A stretch of DNA of 64,000 nt, taken from a virus. Lineage: Duplodnaviria; Caudoviricetes. The position numbers and the translations under genes were made by a program. Where the stretch lies: IMG/VR virus record IMGVR_UViG_3300037047_000246; one strand, written 5' to 3'. Under the pieces are notes generated by a model that searched no databases, was not told where the DNA came from, and was given only the letters and a program-made list of their open reading frames with translations. This document shows positions 38,410 through 48,754 of this stretch, piece by piece; position 1 is the stretch's first letter; each line of letters starts with the position of its first letter.

Positions 38410-39285
38410 TCACGAAAAATCGACACGCAGGCAAGCTTTCATGCAGCAGCACGCCCCGCCAGCATTGTTTGGCGTGCACATCCAAACTTCCAGCTGCTGA
38501 GAACCCGCAGCAAGCACCACGGCCTGGCTGATTTCGGTGTCTGCTGCAAACGGCCCAAGCTCGCCGGTGAGGCTGTTGTGGTTCGTGAAGTCATACAGCT
38601 GCACGAGAGCAGTGCTTCCGTTTGGCACCACCACTGCAGCTTTGAAAGTTGCGGACACAGCGCCAGTGCCCAAACTGGCTGGATCGAAGCTTGTGGTCGC
38701 ACCGAGAACTTCGTAGACGACGGTGGCGGCGTAGGCTTTGCCGGCTAGGAGCACAATCTCGGCGAAATTTGGTCCGTTCGCCGGGGGTCCTTGCGGCCCT
38801 GGGTCGCCTTGATCGCCTTTGTCGCCAGGCAGACCTTGCTGCCCAGGCAGACCCTGCTGCCCTTGCTGCCCGACGTCTCCTTTGTCGCCTTTGTCTCCGG
38901 TGGCCCCGGGAATGCCAGGTTCGCCGGAGTCCCCCTTATCCCCTCTTTCGCCAGGAGGGCCTTTGGGGCCGGGCGGTCCCCTATCCCCTCTGTCTCCCTG
39001 GGGTCCTGAAGCCACATCCAGCTGCACGCCTGGTCTGGCGAATTTGAGCGCAAAACTGTACCCGAAGACGCCGGTGCTGGTTTTTGACACCTGCACAAGG
39101 AACAAGTTCGCGACAAAGTACTCCTTGCCTATGCCAAGCGCCCTATACACTTGGTCCATGACGTCAGGTTTGGTCAGCTCACACACCGGATCGGGCAGCA
39201 CGACGTCGGAACTCAGCAAAGCCGTGGCTTTAACAGTCCCAGGCTGGTCCGACACCTGCTTCATCACGCCTATGGTCGTAGTCAT
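38410..39285 (-). CDS. collagen-repeat virion fibre protein
   Basis: About 24 Gly-X-Y triplets; N-terminal domain paralogous to 34741-36543. Confidence 0.8.
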   Translation of the reverse strand: MTTTIGVMKQVSDQPGTVKATALLSSDVVLPDPVCELTKPDVMDQVYRALGIGKEYFVANLFLVQVSKTSTGVFGYSFALKFARPGVQLDVASGPQGDRGDRGPPGPKGPPGERGDKGDSGEPGIPGATGDKGDKGDVGQQGQQGLPGQQGLPGDKGDQGDPGPQGPPANGPNFAEIVLLAGKAYAATVVYEVLGATTSFDPASLGTGAVSATFKAAVVVPNGSTALVQLYDFTNHNSLTGELGPFAADTEISQAVVLAAGSQQLEVWMCTPNNAGGACCCMKACLRVDFS

Positions 39286-39862
39286 GCAACGACGCCAGGG
39301 TATGAAAAACGCAGTGTACTAGAACATTTCAACCGGCCAGCATGGCGTCGGCTCGAGCGGATCTGTTGCCCGGCTCGTCGTCATGCCCGGGTCGGCGTTG
39401 CAGTCGTGGTCCCAAATGGCGCATCCGCGGCACATCGCCGCAACCTTGCAGCTGTGGGTGAGCTCGACCGCGTCCTGGTGCGGCCTGCCGCAAATTTCGC
39501 ACCACTGCGGAAAACCAGGGTCCTTCTTGCCGCACAGCACGCAGTTCACTGAAGACTTTCCAACCGAAGCTTGCCTGCCACGTCGACAACTCTGTCGCCC
39601 GGCGCGACGCGGAATCCGAGCTTTCGGCTCAGATTTTTGGCCCCATCTTCCTTGGCGTGCTGGTCCCAAAAGTCGCTACAAATCGACAGATCTGTGACAA
39701 ATGCCTCTGGATGGCCCACGGCTTCAAGGACTTTGCTGATCCACTTGCGGAGATCGTTGATGCGGCTTGACCGCACGTAGGTCACCTGGATCTCGCCGCT
39801 GCGAATCTTGCGGGCAATTTCAGCTGTCCTGGCGCACGATTCCGAAGTTCTCTTGAAGTCTG

Positions 39863-40069
39863 TCATGAGTTCATTACCTGCTTGACGCGGTGCACGTCGC
39901 AGTCCTCTGGCATATGCTGATGGTCCGGATGGCGCAGGCCGCCGCAGTGCTCGCACGGCACCCACACCATATCCTTGTATGTTTGCAGATCCATCCAAAT
40001 TTTGCTGCAGACGAGCGTCTGCCGATCTATCGCGGCGAACGCTTCACGCAGCGTCTTGCGCGAAATCAC
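39863..40069 (-). CDS. Zn-ribbon protein with tag (VMNS)
   Basis: CEHCGGLRHPDH...CDVHRVKQVMNS. Confidence 0.6.
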   Translation of the reverse strand: MISRKTLREAFAAIDRQTLVCSKIWMDLQTYKDMVWVPCEHCGGLRHPDHQHMPEDCDVHRVKQVMNS

Positions 40070-40777
40070 TTCTTCACCAAGAAGTCAACATGGATGTAGC
40101 GCAGTGGCATGGCTACGCGCATTATCATCTCGGAATGCATTTCGTCTTGAGGCTCTTCCATGACTTCGCGCACTAGAGCCTCGGCCGGGTCGTCCTCGAC
40201 CATACGGACGCCCTCGAGTATTGCGAGGCCTGGGTCCAAATCGGCCAAGACAACAGCAAGCGCTCTAGCGGGTTGCTTGGCCGACATCTCGCCACCCACC
40301 GCATAGCTTCTGCGCACCGCTTCGTCGATCGCTCCTTTAAGCTCGTCGAGATCGGTCTCGGATGCGCCACACTCGCCAGGTCCCGTCATTGGTTCATCAT
40401 GTCTCCCAAAAGGAAGATCTCGACAGCGTGCAGCAAATCGTCGGCCGACATTCTGTCGAGACATGGCAAGACAACACCAAATCCGGTCTGTTTGATCGCT
40501 ACGTATTTTTGCTCGTACTCGCTCAGGTAATCGTACCGCTGCGCCAATCGAAGTCTGCAACTGTCCAAGCCGACGTCCAGCACGAAGGTAATGGTCCAAC
40601 CTGGTTCTACCACTTGAAATTTAAAAGAGAATGTCTCGTTGACGTGCTTCCTGATTTCTGCCCACACGGTTTCCACCGACTGCCGGCGAAGACAGTTTTC
40701 GCCAACGCCGTCCAAGTCAATGACTACAGACAACGCCCGCTTGACGTCAGACGAATATATGTCGGCTGGTACGGGAG

Positions 40778-42079
40778 TCACGCGACAATTTCCGGCAATG
40801 CTCTCTGCAAAATTGAATCTGCGTGGCGCAAGACGTAGTTCAAGTCGAAGCAGCGCGCCGCCCCCTCGGGGCCTATGGCGGCGAGCACTTCCGGGTGGGA
40901 AGTTATTCTGTCTCGAAACGGCGCTGGAGACATCGCGCACGACTGCACTATTTTGTAAGCCTGAGATTTGATCATGCCAGACCTCACGAGCGCCAACATC
41001 ACCGACTCGCTGAAGATCAAACCGCACGTCGCCCGCAGATTCAAGTCCATCCGGCCCTCGTCCACTACCAAGTTCTGCACCAGCAGAAGCGCCCTGTCCA
41101 GCATGTGCGCCAAGGCAGCAGTGACGTCCGGAGCTATCATGCGCTCGACCGACGAGTGCGAAATGTCGCGCTCATGCCACAACACGGCGTTTTCCATCGC
41201 CGGCGCAACGGCGGACCGGACGTATCTTGCCAGTCCGCACAGTTGCTCAGAAACTATGGGGTTGCGTTTGTGAGGCATCGCCGAGGAGCCCGTCTGGCCA
41301 CGGGAGAAGCTCTCTCGCACTTCGGCCACCTCGGTGCGGGCCAGATGCCTGAATGCCAGAGCAAGCCTCTCGAGGCCTGTCGCGACCATGCCGCACACCC
41401 AAAACAAGGCGGCGTGCCGGTCGCGGGCCACTACCTGGGTCGGCACCGGCTCCGGCCGCAGCCCAAAGTCGAGCAAGATTTCGCGCTCGATCTCTGGATC
41501 GAGATGCGCGTAGGTACCCACGGCCCCTGAGATAGTACCTGTTTGGATTCCGAGCTGGGCCTGCAGCAGATGGTGCTGCGCCCGCTGCAGCTCCTGGAAG
41601 TGCCCAGCCAGCACCAGCCCGAACGTAGTGGGCTCGGCATGCTGCCCGTGCGTGCGGCCCACCATGGCAGTGCCGGCATGCTCTCGGGCTCGCACGGCCA
41701 GGGCGCACATCACAGCTTCCAACCTCAGATACAGCAGCGCGCACGCCCGATCCAGCAGCACAGCGAGCGCCGTGTCGACCACGTCGCTAGAGGTCAGTCC
41801 GTGGTGCAGCCACCTGGCGGCAGGCCCCAAACTCTCTTCCAGGTGGCGCAGGAACGCCACCACGTCGTGCCGGGTCTCGGCTTCCAGCTCCGCGACGCGG
41901 GCCGGGTCGGGGCGAAAATTCTGCGCAGCCGCCGTCAGAACGTCTGTCGTGCCAGCAGGCACGATGCCATGGTTTTCCATGGCCGCAGCGGCAGACATCT
42001 CGATCCTGAACCAAGTGTCGAGCCTAGTCTGGTCGGACCACAGATCGGCGAATTCTTTAGGTGTATACCTGGGAATCAC
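40778..42079 (-). CDS. purB: adenylosuccinate lyase
   Basis: IPRYT, ETRHDVVAF, HHGLTSSDVVDTA, GRTHGQHAEPTTFG, GSSAMPHKRNP signature, HERDISHSSVER; GTG start coupled to the stop at 42076. Confidence 0.95.
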   Translation of the reverse strand: MIPRYTPKEFADLWSDQTRLDTWFRIEMSAAAAMENHGIVPAGTTDVLTAAAQNFRPDPARVAELEAETRHDVVAFLRHLEESLGPAARWLHHGLTSSDVVDTALAVLLDRACALLYLRLEAVMCALAVRAREHAGTAMVGRTHGQHAEPTTFGLVLAGHFQELQRAQHHLLQAQLGIQTGTISGAVGTYAHLDPEIEREILLDFGLRPEPVPTQVVARDRHAALFWVCGMVATGLERLALAFRHLARTEVAEVRESFSRGQTGSSAMPHKRNPIVSEQLCGLARYVRSAVAPAMENAVLWHERDISHSSVERMIAPDVTAALAHMLDRALLLVQNLVVDEGRMDLNLRATCGLIFSESVMLALVRSGMIKSQAYKIVQSCAMSPAPFRDRITSHPEVLAAIGPEGAARCFDLNYVLRHADSILQRALPEIVA

Positions 42080-42618
42080 AGCGTCACCTTCACCCAAATG
42101 ACGGTCCGGTCTTCGTCTTCTTCCATGATGCCGTCCACCAGGACTTCCGCCGAATCCATGACCCGCACTTGCGGCGGAGGCATGCCTAACGGCACTCGCT
42201 TGCACCTGAACGCGTCGAGCAGAGTCCATACGATCCAGTCCTTAAACTCGTCCCGGGTCCGGGTGAAGAAGCCCTCCAAAGGAAGAATTCGCCCCGTCCA
42301 GCGAGCGGCCTCTGCTGCCAGCTCCGCGTCGGTCATCGACCTGGAGGTTTCAGAGGCCGGTTCAAACTGTACGGGAACTCCAGCGGTTTGCCCTCAGGAA
42401 TTTTGCCTGAGCTCCACAAATTTTTGGCTTTTCTGTCCAGGTCCACGTCCAGCCTTTTGCATGCTTCGTCCACCTTGGACTTTTGCGCAGCCGTTAATGG
42501 CTTACCCTGGTCTAGCTTGTCTCGCATGCTAGCAAAAGCTTTCTTCTCCCATTCATCAAGGGCTTCATATTCGAGGATGGTGCTTAGAGTTGCAAGATCG
42601 TCTTTGATGCTCATGCAG

Positions 42619-42960
42619 TCAAATTTCCATAATAAGCGCCACGGCAAGATAGTCCGTGATTTGTTTCACAGACTGTCGCCACTGCCGCGCCGCTGAAGAG
42701 TATTCCAGTTCAAGCGTATACCTACGCGCCAGCATGTCTATTTCTTCGATCTTGCCCACCTGGCCGCAAATGGCGTTGTGCACGCCGCAGGCCACGCGAA
42801 ACATGATGCGCTGCACTATCTCTGCGGGCGAATCTGACAGCATCAGCCACATGCCGTCGCATTGGCAGTACAGCGGCCCCACCCCGATTGCAATCTTGAT
42901 TCTCCGGTCGTCCTCGATGTGCAAATATGGCGTCACGTCATAAAGAGGCGGAAAAATCAT
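42619..42960 (-). CDS. hypothetical protein with tag (IMEI)
   Basis: ATGA-coupled; ends YLAVALIMEI. Confidence 0.6.
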   Translation of the reverse strand: MIFPPLYDVTPYLHIEDDRRIKIAIGVGPLYCQCDGMWLMLSDSPAEIVQRIMFRVACGVHNAICGQVGKIEEIDMLARRYTLELEYSSAARQWRQSVKQITDYLAVALIMEI

Positions 42961-43370
42961 GACTCCATCACATCGCGCAGATGCTGATAGTCCCGCGTCA
43001 GCGAAGCCAAGTCCGCATCCATCGTATGGCACGGCGTCGGGGACACTCGGGACCATTTTATTGTCACACAGTCCCCGCTGCAGCCGCGAGTTATGGAAAT
43101 ACTGTACTCGAACACAGCGCCTGAAATTTTCATCTCAGACATCACACTGTCCACCAGCCAGTACTGCCTGTCTTTCTCACTCCTGCCTACATCTTTGGAT
43201 GATAAAGCAGATACTATCTTTGCTCGTATTACATCTACATACTGGACGGTGTAAGCTGGCATGAACTGTTTTACTTGGCCGGACTTCGCATTTGCGCGAA
43301 ACTGTATCAGTTGTGCTGCGAGCACGAGCTGCGCGTTTCGCGGCAGTCTGCCTGATATTGCAAAATACAC
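42957..43370 (-). CDS. hypothetical protein with tag (VMES)
   Basis: Ends YQHLRDVMES; start uncertain. Confidence 0.6.
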   Translation of the reverse strand: MYFAISGRLPRNAQLVLAAQLIQFRANAKSGQVKQFMPAYTVQYVDVIRAKIVSALSSKDVGRSEKDRQYWLVDSVMSEMKISGAVFEYSISITRGCSGDCVTIKWSRVSPTPCHTMDADLASLTRDYQHLRDVMES

Positions 43371-44143
43371 CTTCTCATCTTCAGTGCAGCACGATCGCCG
43401 ATCTGTTTGGCTCTTTGCTTTGTGACCCCTATCTTTTTGCCGGCCTCAGCCAAACTCTCTGAAGACATGATCGAGCGAATAACCGTGGCTTCGCGGTCTG
43501 TGAGCGAAGCCATTGCGCTTCTAAGCCACAGCTGGGCGAAGTCCCTGTTTTCTTTGGCTATGCACTGTTCCTCGGGATCGGCGTCGTAGTTCCTTATGCG
43601 GTCGCCCAGAGTCTCTTCCCCATCTTGCCCCACCGGAGCGTCCATGGAAGTTGCGTACGACCTGGATGCGTCCAGAAGTTCGTCAAGCTTGGCAGAATTC
43701 ATATCCAGACGGTCTTGCACGGCGACTCTCACGCTGTCGTCCCAGGCACCCTTGCCGGACATGGCATACTGCCGGCACAACTCTCTTTTGAAATGCGTCA
43801 TGTTCGGGAAGTCTGACAACAGCCTGCAGCTTTGCTTTATATGCTGCATCATTGCAGACCGGATCCACCAAGCAGCGTAGGTGCAAAACTTCATGCCCCT
43901 GGATGGGTCATATCTGTTGGCTGCAATCCAGGCTCCGAGCAGACCAGCTCCGACCAGGTCATCTCTGTCTGCGCTGGATCTGGCGTACGCCGACGCCATG
44001 AACAAAACCAATTTTAAGTTACCGTGCACGAGCTTGGCCGCGGACCAATAGTCTCCCGCTTTGGCCGCCCTAATGAGTTCGGCTTCATCATCCTGAGACA
44101 TAACATCAGGCACGTGCCATTTCCATCCGCATTCATTGCTCAT
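43307..44143 (-). CDS. sigma70-family RNA polymerase sigma factor (RpoH/RpoS-like size)
   Basis: Region 2: NLKLVL..DDLVGAGLLG..RYDPSRGMKFCTYAAWWIR; region 3: SMDAPV; region 4: SLAEAGKKIGVTKQRAKQI. Confidence 0.92.
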   Translation of the reverse strand: MSNECGWKWHVPDVMSQDDEAELIRAAKAGDYWSAAKLVHGNLKLVLFMASAYARSSADRDDLVGAGLLGAWIAANRYDPSRGMKFCTYAAWWIRSAMMQHIKQSCRLLSDFPNMTHFKRELCRQYAMSGKGAWDDSVRVAVQDRLDMNSAKLDELLDASRSYATSMDAPVGQDGEETLGDRIRNYDADPEEQCIAKENRDFAQLWLRSAMASLTDREATVIRSIMSSESLAEAGKKIGVTKQRAKQIGDRAALKMRRCILQYQADCRETRSSCSQHN

Positions 44144-44286
44144 CTAAAGTATAAGCCCTGTTGGCTCCTCCACTTCCGTCACACCGCAGCGCTCATGAAA
44201 ACTCAAGACGCTACCGGCTCGCAACTTTTGTGCAGAAAACCTTGCGCTTCGACGTGCAAGATGCGCGGCAGTTCGCCGCTGGCAGG

Positions 44287-45585
44287 TCACGCCCTGTCGA
44301 GATATTGAAAAACCATGTTGAAAGTGGCTTCCACGTCCATGGCGCCAATATCAACGAGCTTCTGGCACGAGGCGAACAGCTCCCTGAGCTGCGCCTTGAT
44401 CAAGGCGACATCTTTTGGCTGGGAGGACTGAACGTCGGCCAAGCGCTTCTTCAGCACTTCGTTTTCCTCCATGTAAATGCGCGCGAGCTCGGCGTCGTCC
44501 ACCACCTGAATTTTAGCCAGCGGCTTGGCGGCGGTCCTGGCGGCGGCCCTGTTCGATGCCGTTTCTGCGGTCTTGCCTCGACGGATCTTTTTCGGCGCAG
44601 GCCCGTGACGTCGAACCCTGTCGTACCACGCCTTGTATCCGATTGGCGCGCGTGGCGAAATTGCAATGGAAGCCATGAACTTCGACAACTGGTCCGGGTC
44701 TTGAGGCCCGTCTTCTTCCTTCCAGTATTTGCGAATTTCCGGAAAGATGTCCTTGTACGGCACGCCTTTGTCGCGCAGGCTCGTGACTTTGCGCACAAAC
44801 CTGTCCAGATTTTTGTCGCTCAAAGCGCGAAGGAACATGGGGCGCTTGCCGCGCCGGTCTGCGACCTCAGCTGCGGCCTCTACAGGTTCAGGCTCCTCCT
44901 GAACGTCCGCGTCGCTCGCCGGACGCCCGGCTTCAATCCAATCTTTGTAAAACTCTGGACAATTCGAGCGCCTGTAAATGTTGTCAAGATACGAGCGCAG
45001 CTGCTTGCCGCTCTCAAGCGTCCCTGACTTCCAGTACTGTTGCAGCTCCGGCACCATGTCGTCGTATGAGGTGCCATGGCCGTGCATCTTGATCATATGG
45101 CGAAGCATGTGCTCCACCAGTTCATTCGGCACTGATTTGACTGCGTTCGATGGCATGTTTTCGTCTCCAGTATTCGAGTCTGGCGGCGCACTGGCCGGTG
45201 TCTCGCTTGAATTTACAACCGTTGCTACAACTTCTGCTGCAGCTATTGTAGCAGCCGTGTCGATGTGTGTTCCAACCGCTGGGGCACTTCTGACTTCTGA
45301 CTGAACGCTGGGGAGTCTGTCTCCCCACAGTGCCGACTTGCGGCTGATGCAAATCAGCGGCAGATTGGCGCGCTCAGCAAAATTTTTCACAGCATCATTT
45401 TCGCCGTGACTTGAAAGCTCGTGCATGAACAGCACTGTGGCAACATCAGGCACAGGAGTCGTGATGGATGAGGCGGCTCTGGGCGACAAGACTCTATCCA
45501 CCGACACACCTCGAGTCTTCAGCTTGGGAATGACTGAATCTTGAAGGAACCTGTCGGGGAAATTACTGAACAACAGCGCCCGCAT
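44287..45585 (-). CDS. DUF2325-like N-terminal domain plus duplicated helical domain
   Basis: VLFMHELSSH..VKNFAERANLPLICI; two ~65-aa internal repeats. Confidence 0.7.
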   Translation of the reverse strand: MRALLFSNFPDRFLQDSVIPKLKTRGVSVDRVLSPRAASSITTPVPDVATVLFMHELSSHGENDAVKNFAERANLPLICISRKSALWGDRLPSVQSEVRSAPAVGTHIDTAATIAAAEVVATVVNSSETPASAPPDSNTGDENMPSNAVKSVPNELVEHMLRHMIKMHGHGTSYDDMVPELQQYWKSGTLESGKQLRSYLDNIYRRSNCPEFYKDWIEAGRPASDADVQEEPEPVEAAAEVADRRGKRPMFLRALSDKNLDRFVRKVTSLRDKGVPYKDIFPEIRKYWKEEDGPQDPDQLSKFMASIAISPRAPIGYKAWYDRVRRHGPAPKKIRRGKTAETASNRAAARTAAKPLAKIQVVDDAELARIYMEENEVLKKRLADVQSSQPKDVALIKAQLRELFASCQKLVDIGAMDVEATFNMVFQYLDRA

Positions 45586-46929
45586 GTCGTCACCCTCCTG
45601 CAGATCTGGGTTTGCATCCTGGACCGCTCTTGCCAGCACAAACGGCACAGAGTGCGGTCCGCGTCTCATCTGCCAATAAATTACGTTTGGGACCTGCAGA
45701 TTTACGGCAGGGTGAAATTTGAACGCTTCAGGATTGTCGACACTGCTGCAACTTGCCTTAGCGGTCCAGCAGCGGAGGGCGTCCGGCGCAGTGTGGCCGA
45801 ACTATCCTCCCAGAAGCCCAAATCACGGTCTGAACGTGTGCCTTGCTGCTTGCTCTAGCCGCTCCGCCGCTTCGTCAGCTCTGATTTTTGCTGTTTCGCC
45901 GAGCTCCCTGATGCGAGCCAACGTGCCCAGCGCAGCTTCCGCAAACTCGCCAACCTGCGAGCAGGCTTGTGCTGGTCCAGTCACGGTTCCAATAGCCAAC
46001 GCAGCACTGCGCAAATTATGCAGGACTTCAGAGTCTGTCATTTCGCATCTCCGACCGGGGGCTTGTAGCTTGTCTTCAGGAACCTCGGCAATAGAGGCTT
46101 GCATGCCGCGTCCAGTTCGCACAATAGCTGAGCAAGTTGCTGATCAAAATCCGGCACTTCGTCTGGATGATCGAACAAATGGCCTATCTTCTTTGCTGCA
46201 GCCTTGACTTTTTCCAGTGCGTCGAGGTCGCCTGCAGCGTGGCCTGACAATCGCGGCTCCATGGGGTGCAGCACATCGTCCCACCACATCACGCGATCGT
46301 TGCCGCACAGGCCCTCGTGCCCCGTTTCTTTCTGGCACGTCGTCCCGGGCCTGATTGTGCTGACAGTTCCGCAAGTGTTCACTTCACGTTCCATTCCACC
46401 AGTTCGTGTTTCGCCGCCGAGGTCAGCGTACGTCGTCCAGTGCTCCGAGCTCCTCTTGTATCGCCAACTCTATGCCGGCGGCCTGCTCTTGCGGCAAAAC
46501 GTCAGCAAGTATCTTGGCCCTAGCCAGCAAATGCGCTCTTTCTTGAATCACTGCAGACACCACGCTCACCGCCATGAACGACGTCAGTTCTTCTGTCATC
46601 TCGTCGGGAAGTTTCTTGAGGTCAGGGAAAGCTTCGCGAGCCGATCTGAGACCAGCGTCCACAAGCGCAGTGGCCAAATTTCTCATTTGTCCAGATCTGC
46701 TGATTTTGGCCGCGTACTCGTCTACATGAACATCGTAGCAGTCGTCCGAGCCGTCCGAGCCGCGGTCTGCGCATGCAACATCTGACGCGGAATGAAAAAC
46801 CTCGTCCACTTGGGCCAGATGGTCCGAGCACAAACGGACTCCGGGGGCCGCACATTTGCCGCAGTCTTTGATGGCGCAGTCTGACGTCATGGAACACGAT
46901 ACCTGATGCTGCAAGCTTTAGGTATGCTG

Positions 46930-47436
46930 TCAGCCGTCGACAGGGTTCTTGATCCAGTCTCGCTTTGACACGACCGAATCCCAGGTTTGCTTTGCCGCTT
47001 GCACCACGTCAACCCCGGAAATGACTCGCAACAAGGCGAATAGTCTAGCCAGTGCCTGGCGTCCCTCTGTCTGCCAGTCTTCGTCTGTCCGAACCGCCTG
47101 CGTCTGCTTCAAATGCGCATGGCACAGGCGCCCAAGATTGATCAGCACAGCGGTCTCTGGCTTCTGCGATTCAGCATAACTTACGGCGCTGCTGGAGCTG
47201 GACTCGCGCCAAATGTCGCCAAGATGCCACCCCATCGAGGTGCAGTAGTCTGCCGCAAATATGACAACGTCGGCTACAGCGTCCACCCTATCTTCGTCGC
47301 TGGCCGCAGCAGCGAACTCTCCAAACTCTTCTACAAGACCGAGAAGCGGATGCCACGGCTTATGACCGGGAAAATTGCGGTCTATCCATGGTTTTTGAGC
47401 CAACTGCAGTCCCTGCAAAACTTCCGTCTCGGTCAT
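46930..47436 (-). CDS. MazG-like NTP pyrophosphohydrolase
   Basis: LLGLVEEFGEF..DAVADVVIFAADYC all-alpha NTP-PPase motif. Confidence 0.8.
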   Translation of the reverse strand: MTETEVLQGLQLAQKPWIDRNFPGHKPWHPLLGLVEEFGEFAAAASDEDRVDAVADVVIFAADYCTSMGWHLGDIWRESSSSSAVSYAESQKPETAVLINLGRLCHAHLKQTQAVRTDEDWQTEGRQALARLFALLRVISGVDVVQAAKQTWDSVVSKRDWIKNPVDG

Positions 47437-47592
47437 ACTCGACCGATGTTACAAAAGTTCCACTTTGTTGGACGCTCGGCGCCGTAGATGCCTCAATTAA
47501 GCTGGAACAGTCTTTGACTGGGAGCCATACAGCGTCGCCGTCGAGGCTTCACGTGCACCCTCAGGCTCCAATTTTAGTGAGAGCTAGCGCCC

Positions 47593-47976
47593 TCATTCGC
47601 ACATTACATGCAACACGTTGCGCTCGAGCATGGACCGAAGAATGTTGGCAAACCACCTTTTTACGGACTTGGTGTGAAATAGATGAAACGGTCGCTCGTG
47701 TCTGCATGCAGGCAGGAATACTCCATCTGTAGTCCACCCGGCGAAGAGATCGTGTACGCTGGGAGCAGACTCCTCCACACTGACCCACACCGTAGAATGG
47801 CGAATTTTCACAACGACGCGAGCTACTTTGGATCGGTTAAGCTTCAGGTCAAATGTGGTACAAGACTTTTTCCGGATCCCAAAACTGGAATCCGAAGCCA
47901 TATTTTTGACGACGTCGGCAATCTCCGAGCGCAGCTTGCGCAGAGCATGCGATTTTCTAAAGAGTTTTGTGCTCAT
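47593..47976 (-). CDS. hypothetical protein with tag (VMCE)
   Basis: Ends LERNVLHVMCE. Confidence 0.65.
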   Translation of the reverse strand: MSTKLFRKSHALRKLRSEIADVVKNMASDSSFGIRKKSCTTFDLKLNRSKVARVVVKIRHSTVWVSVEESAPSVHDLFAGWTTDGVFLPACRHERPFHLFHTKSVKRWFANILRSMLERNVLHVMCE

Positions 47977-48021
47977 GACTCCACGGCGCCACGTGCCACG
48001 TGCCGTTGCTGATGCGAGCCG

Positions 48022-48210
48022 CTAGTCCAAGTCCTCTTCGTGCAAATATTTTTCGTGCAGTCCGCCTGTGTGCTGTACCGTGGCCGACCCAGGCAGATCG
48101 GCGAACGATTTCTTGTCTTCAGACGAACAAACCACGCACGTTTTGGCGCGCGGCAGAGCGTCAAGGCGCCTTTGCGGTATGGGCTCGCCGCACGATACGC
48201 ACGATTTCAT
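48022..48210 (-). CDS. TraR/DksA C4-type zinc-finger protein
   Basis: CVSCGEPIPQRRLDALPRAKTCVVC. Confidence 0.85.
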   Translation of the reverse strand: MKSCVSCGEPIPQRRLDALPRAKTCVVCSSEDKKSFADLPGSATVQHTGGLHEKYLHEEDLD

Positions 48211-48254
48211 GCCAAGCCGAATTGTGCCATGTGGAGCACACTACCCGAGGTGAG

Positions 48255-48731
48255 CTAGACTGTCAGTTTGTTTGCCGGGTATACGAACTCGTACACCGCT
48301 GTGTTGCCGTCCACCTTGCCAGGCCGCCACGCGACGTAGGCTTCCAACCCGTCTTGCTCGCGCATTTCGAACACCGGAGGCAGGTTCGCCATGAACTCGG
48401 CTGACAGCTCAGCCATTTGCTCTGGCGCCATTTGTTCGCCTGCCGCAGGCGAAAACGAGAAAGTCACGGTCACATCTGGACCGAGCACCTCTTCGATGCC
48501 AATGCTGGAGTCTTGTCCTCTACTGCCCCAGTACTCGTACTGGCCTATGCCTTGGTCCACCACCCGAACGTTGACTTCCAGATCGCTGAAAATGACGTCT
48601 CGCATCTCGTCGACAAGAGCGTCGTCGTCCCAACCGTCTCCATTCAGCTCGTATGCAAATTCGGCAGCGACTGGGCTTGGTTGCCCAGTGTAGGCAGAGA
48701 TTCTTTTGGCAATGGCAGCAGTCTTGTCCAT
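48255..48731 (-). CDS. acidic hypothetical protein with IAKRIS motif
   Basis: MDKTAAIAKRISA; IGQYEYWGSRG. Confidence 0.7.
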   Translation of the reverse strand: MDKTAAIAKRISAYTGQPSPVAAEFAYELNGDGWDDDALVDEMRDVIFSDLEVNVRVVDQGIGQYEYWGSRGQDSSIGIEEVLGPDVTVTFSFSPAAGEQMAPEQMAELSAEFMANLPPVFEMREQDGLEAYVAWRPGKVDGNTAVYEFVYPANKLTV

Positions 48732-48754
48732 ATCCAGCCTCCAAAATTGAAGAT

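Noticed and set aside
40066-40389. C-terminus IMRVAMPLRYIHVDF resembling tail-sheath C-termini
   Set aside because: Only about 12 residues of weak similarity recalled from memory; the rest of the ORF is unrelated.
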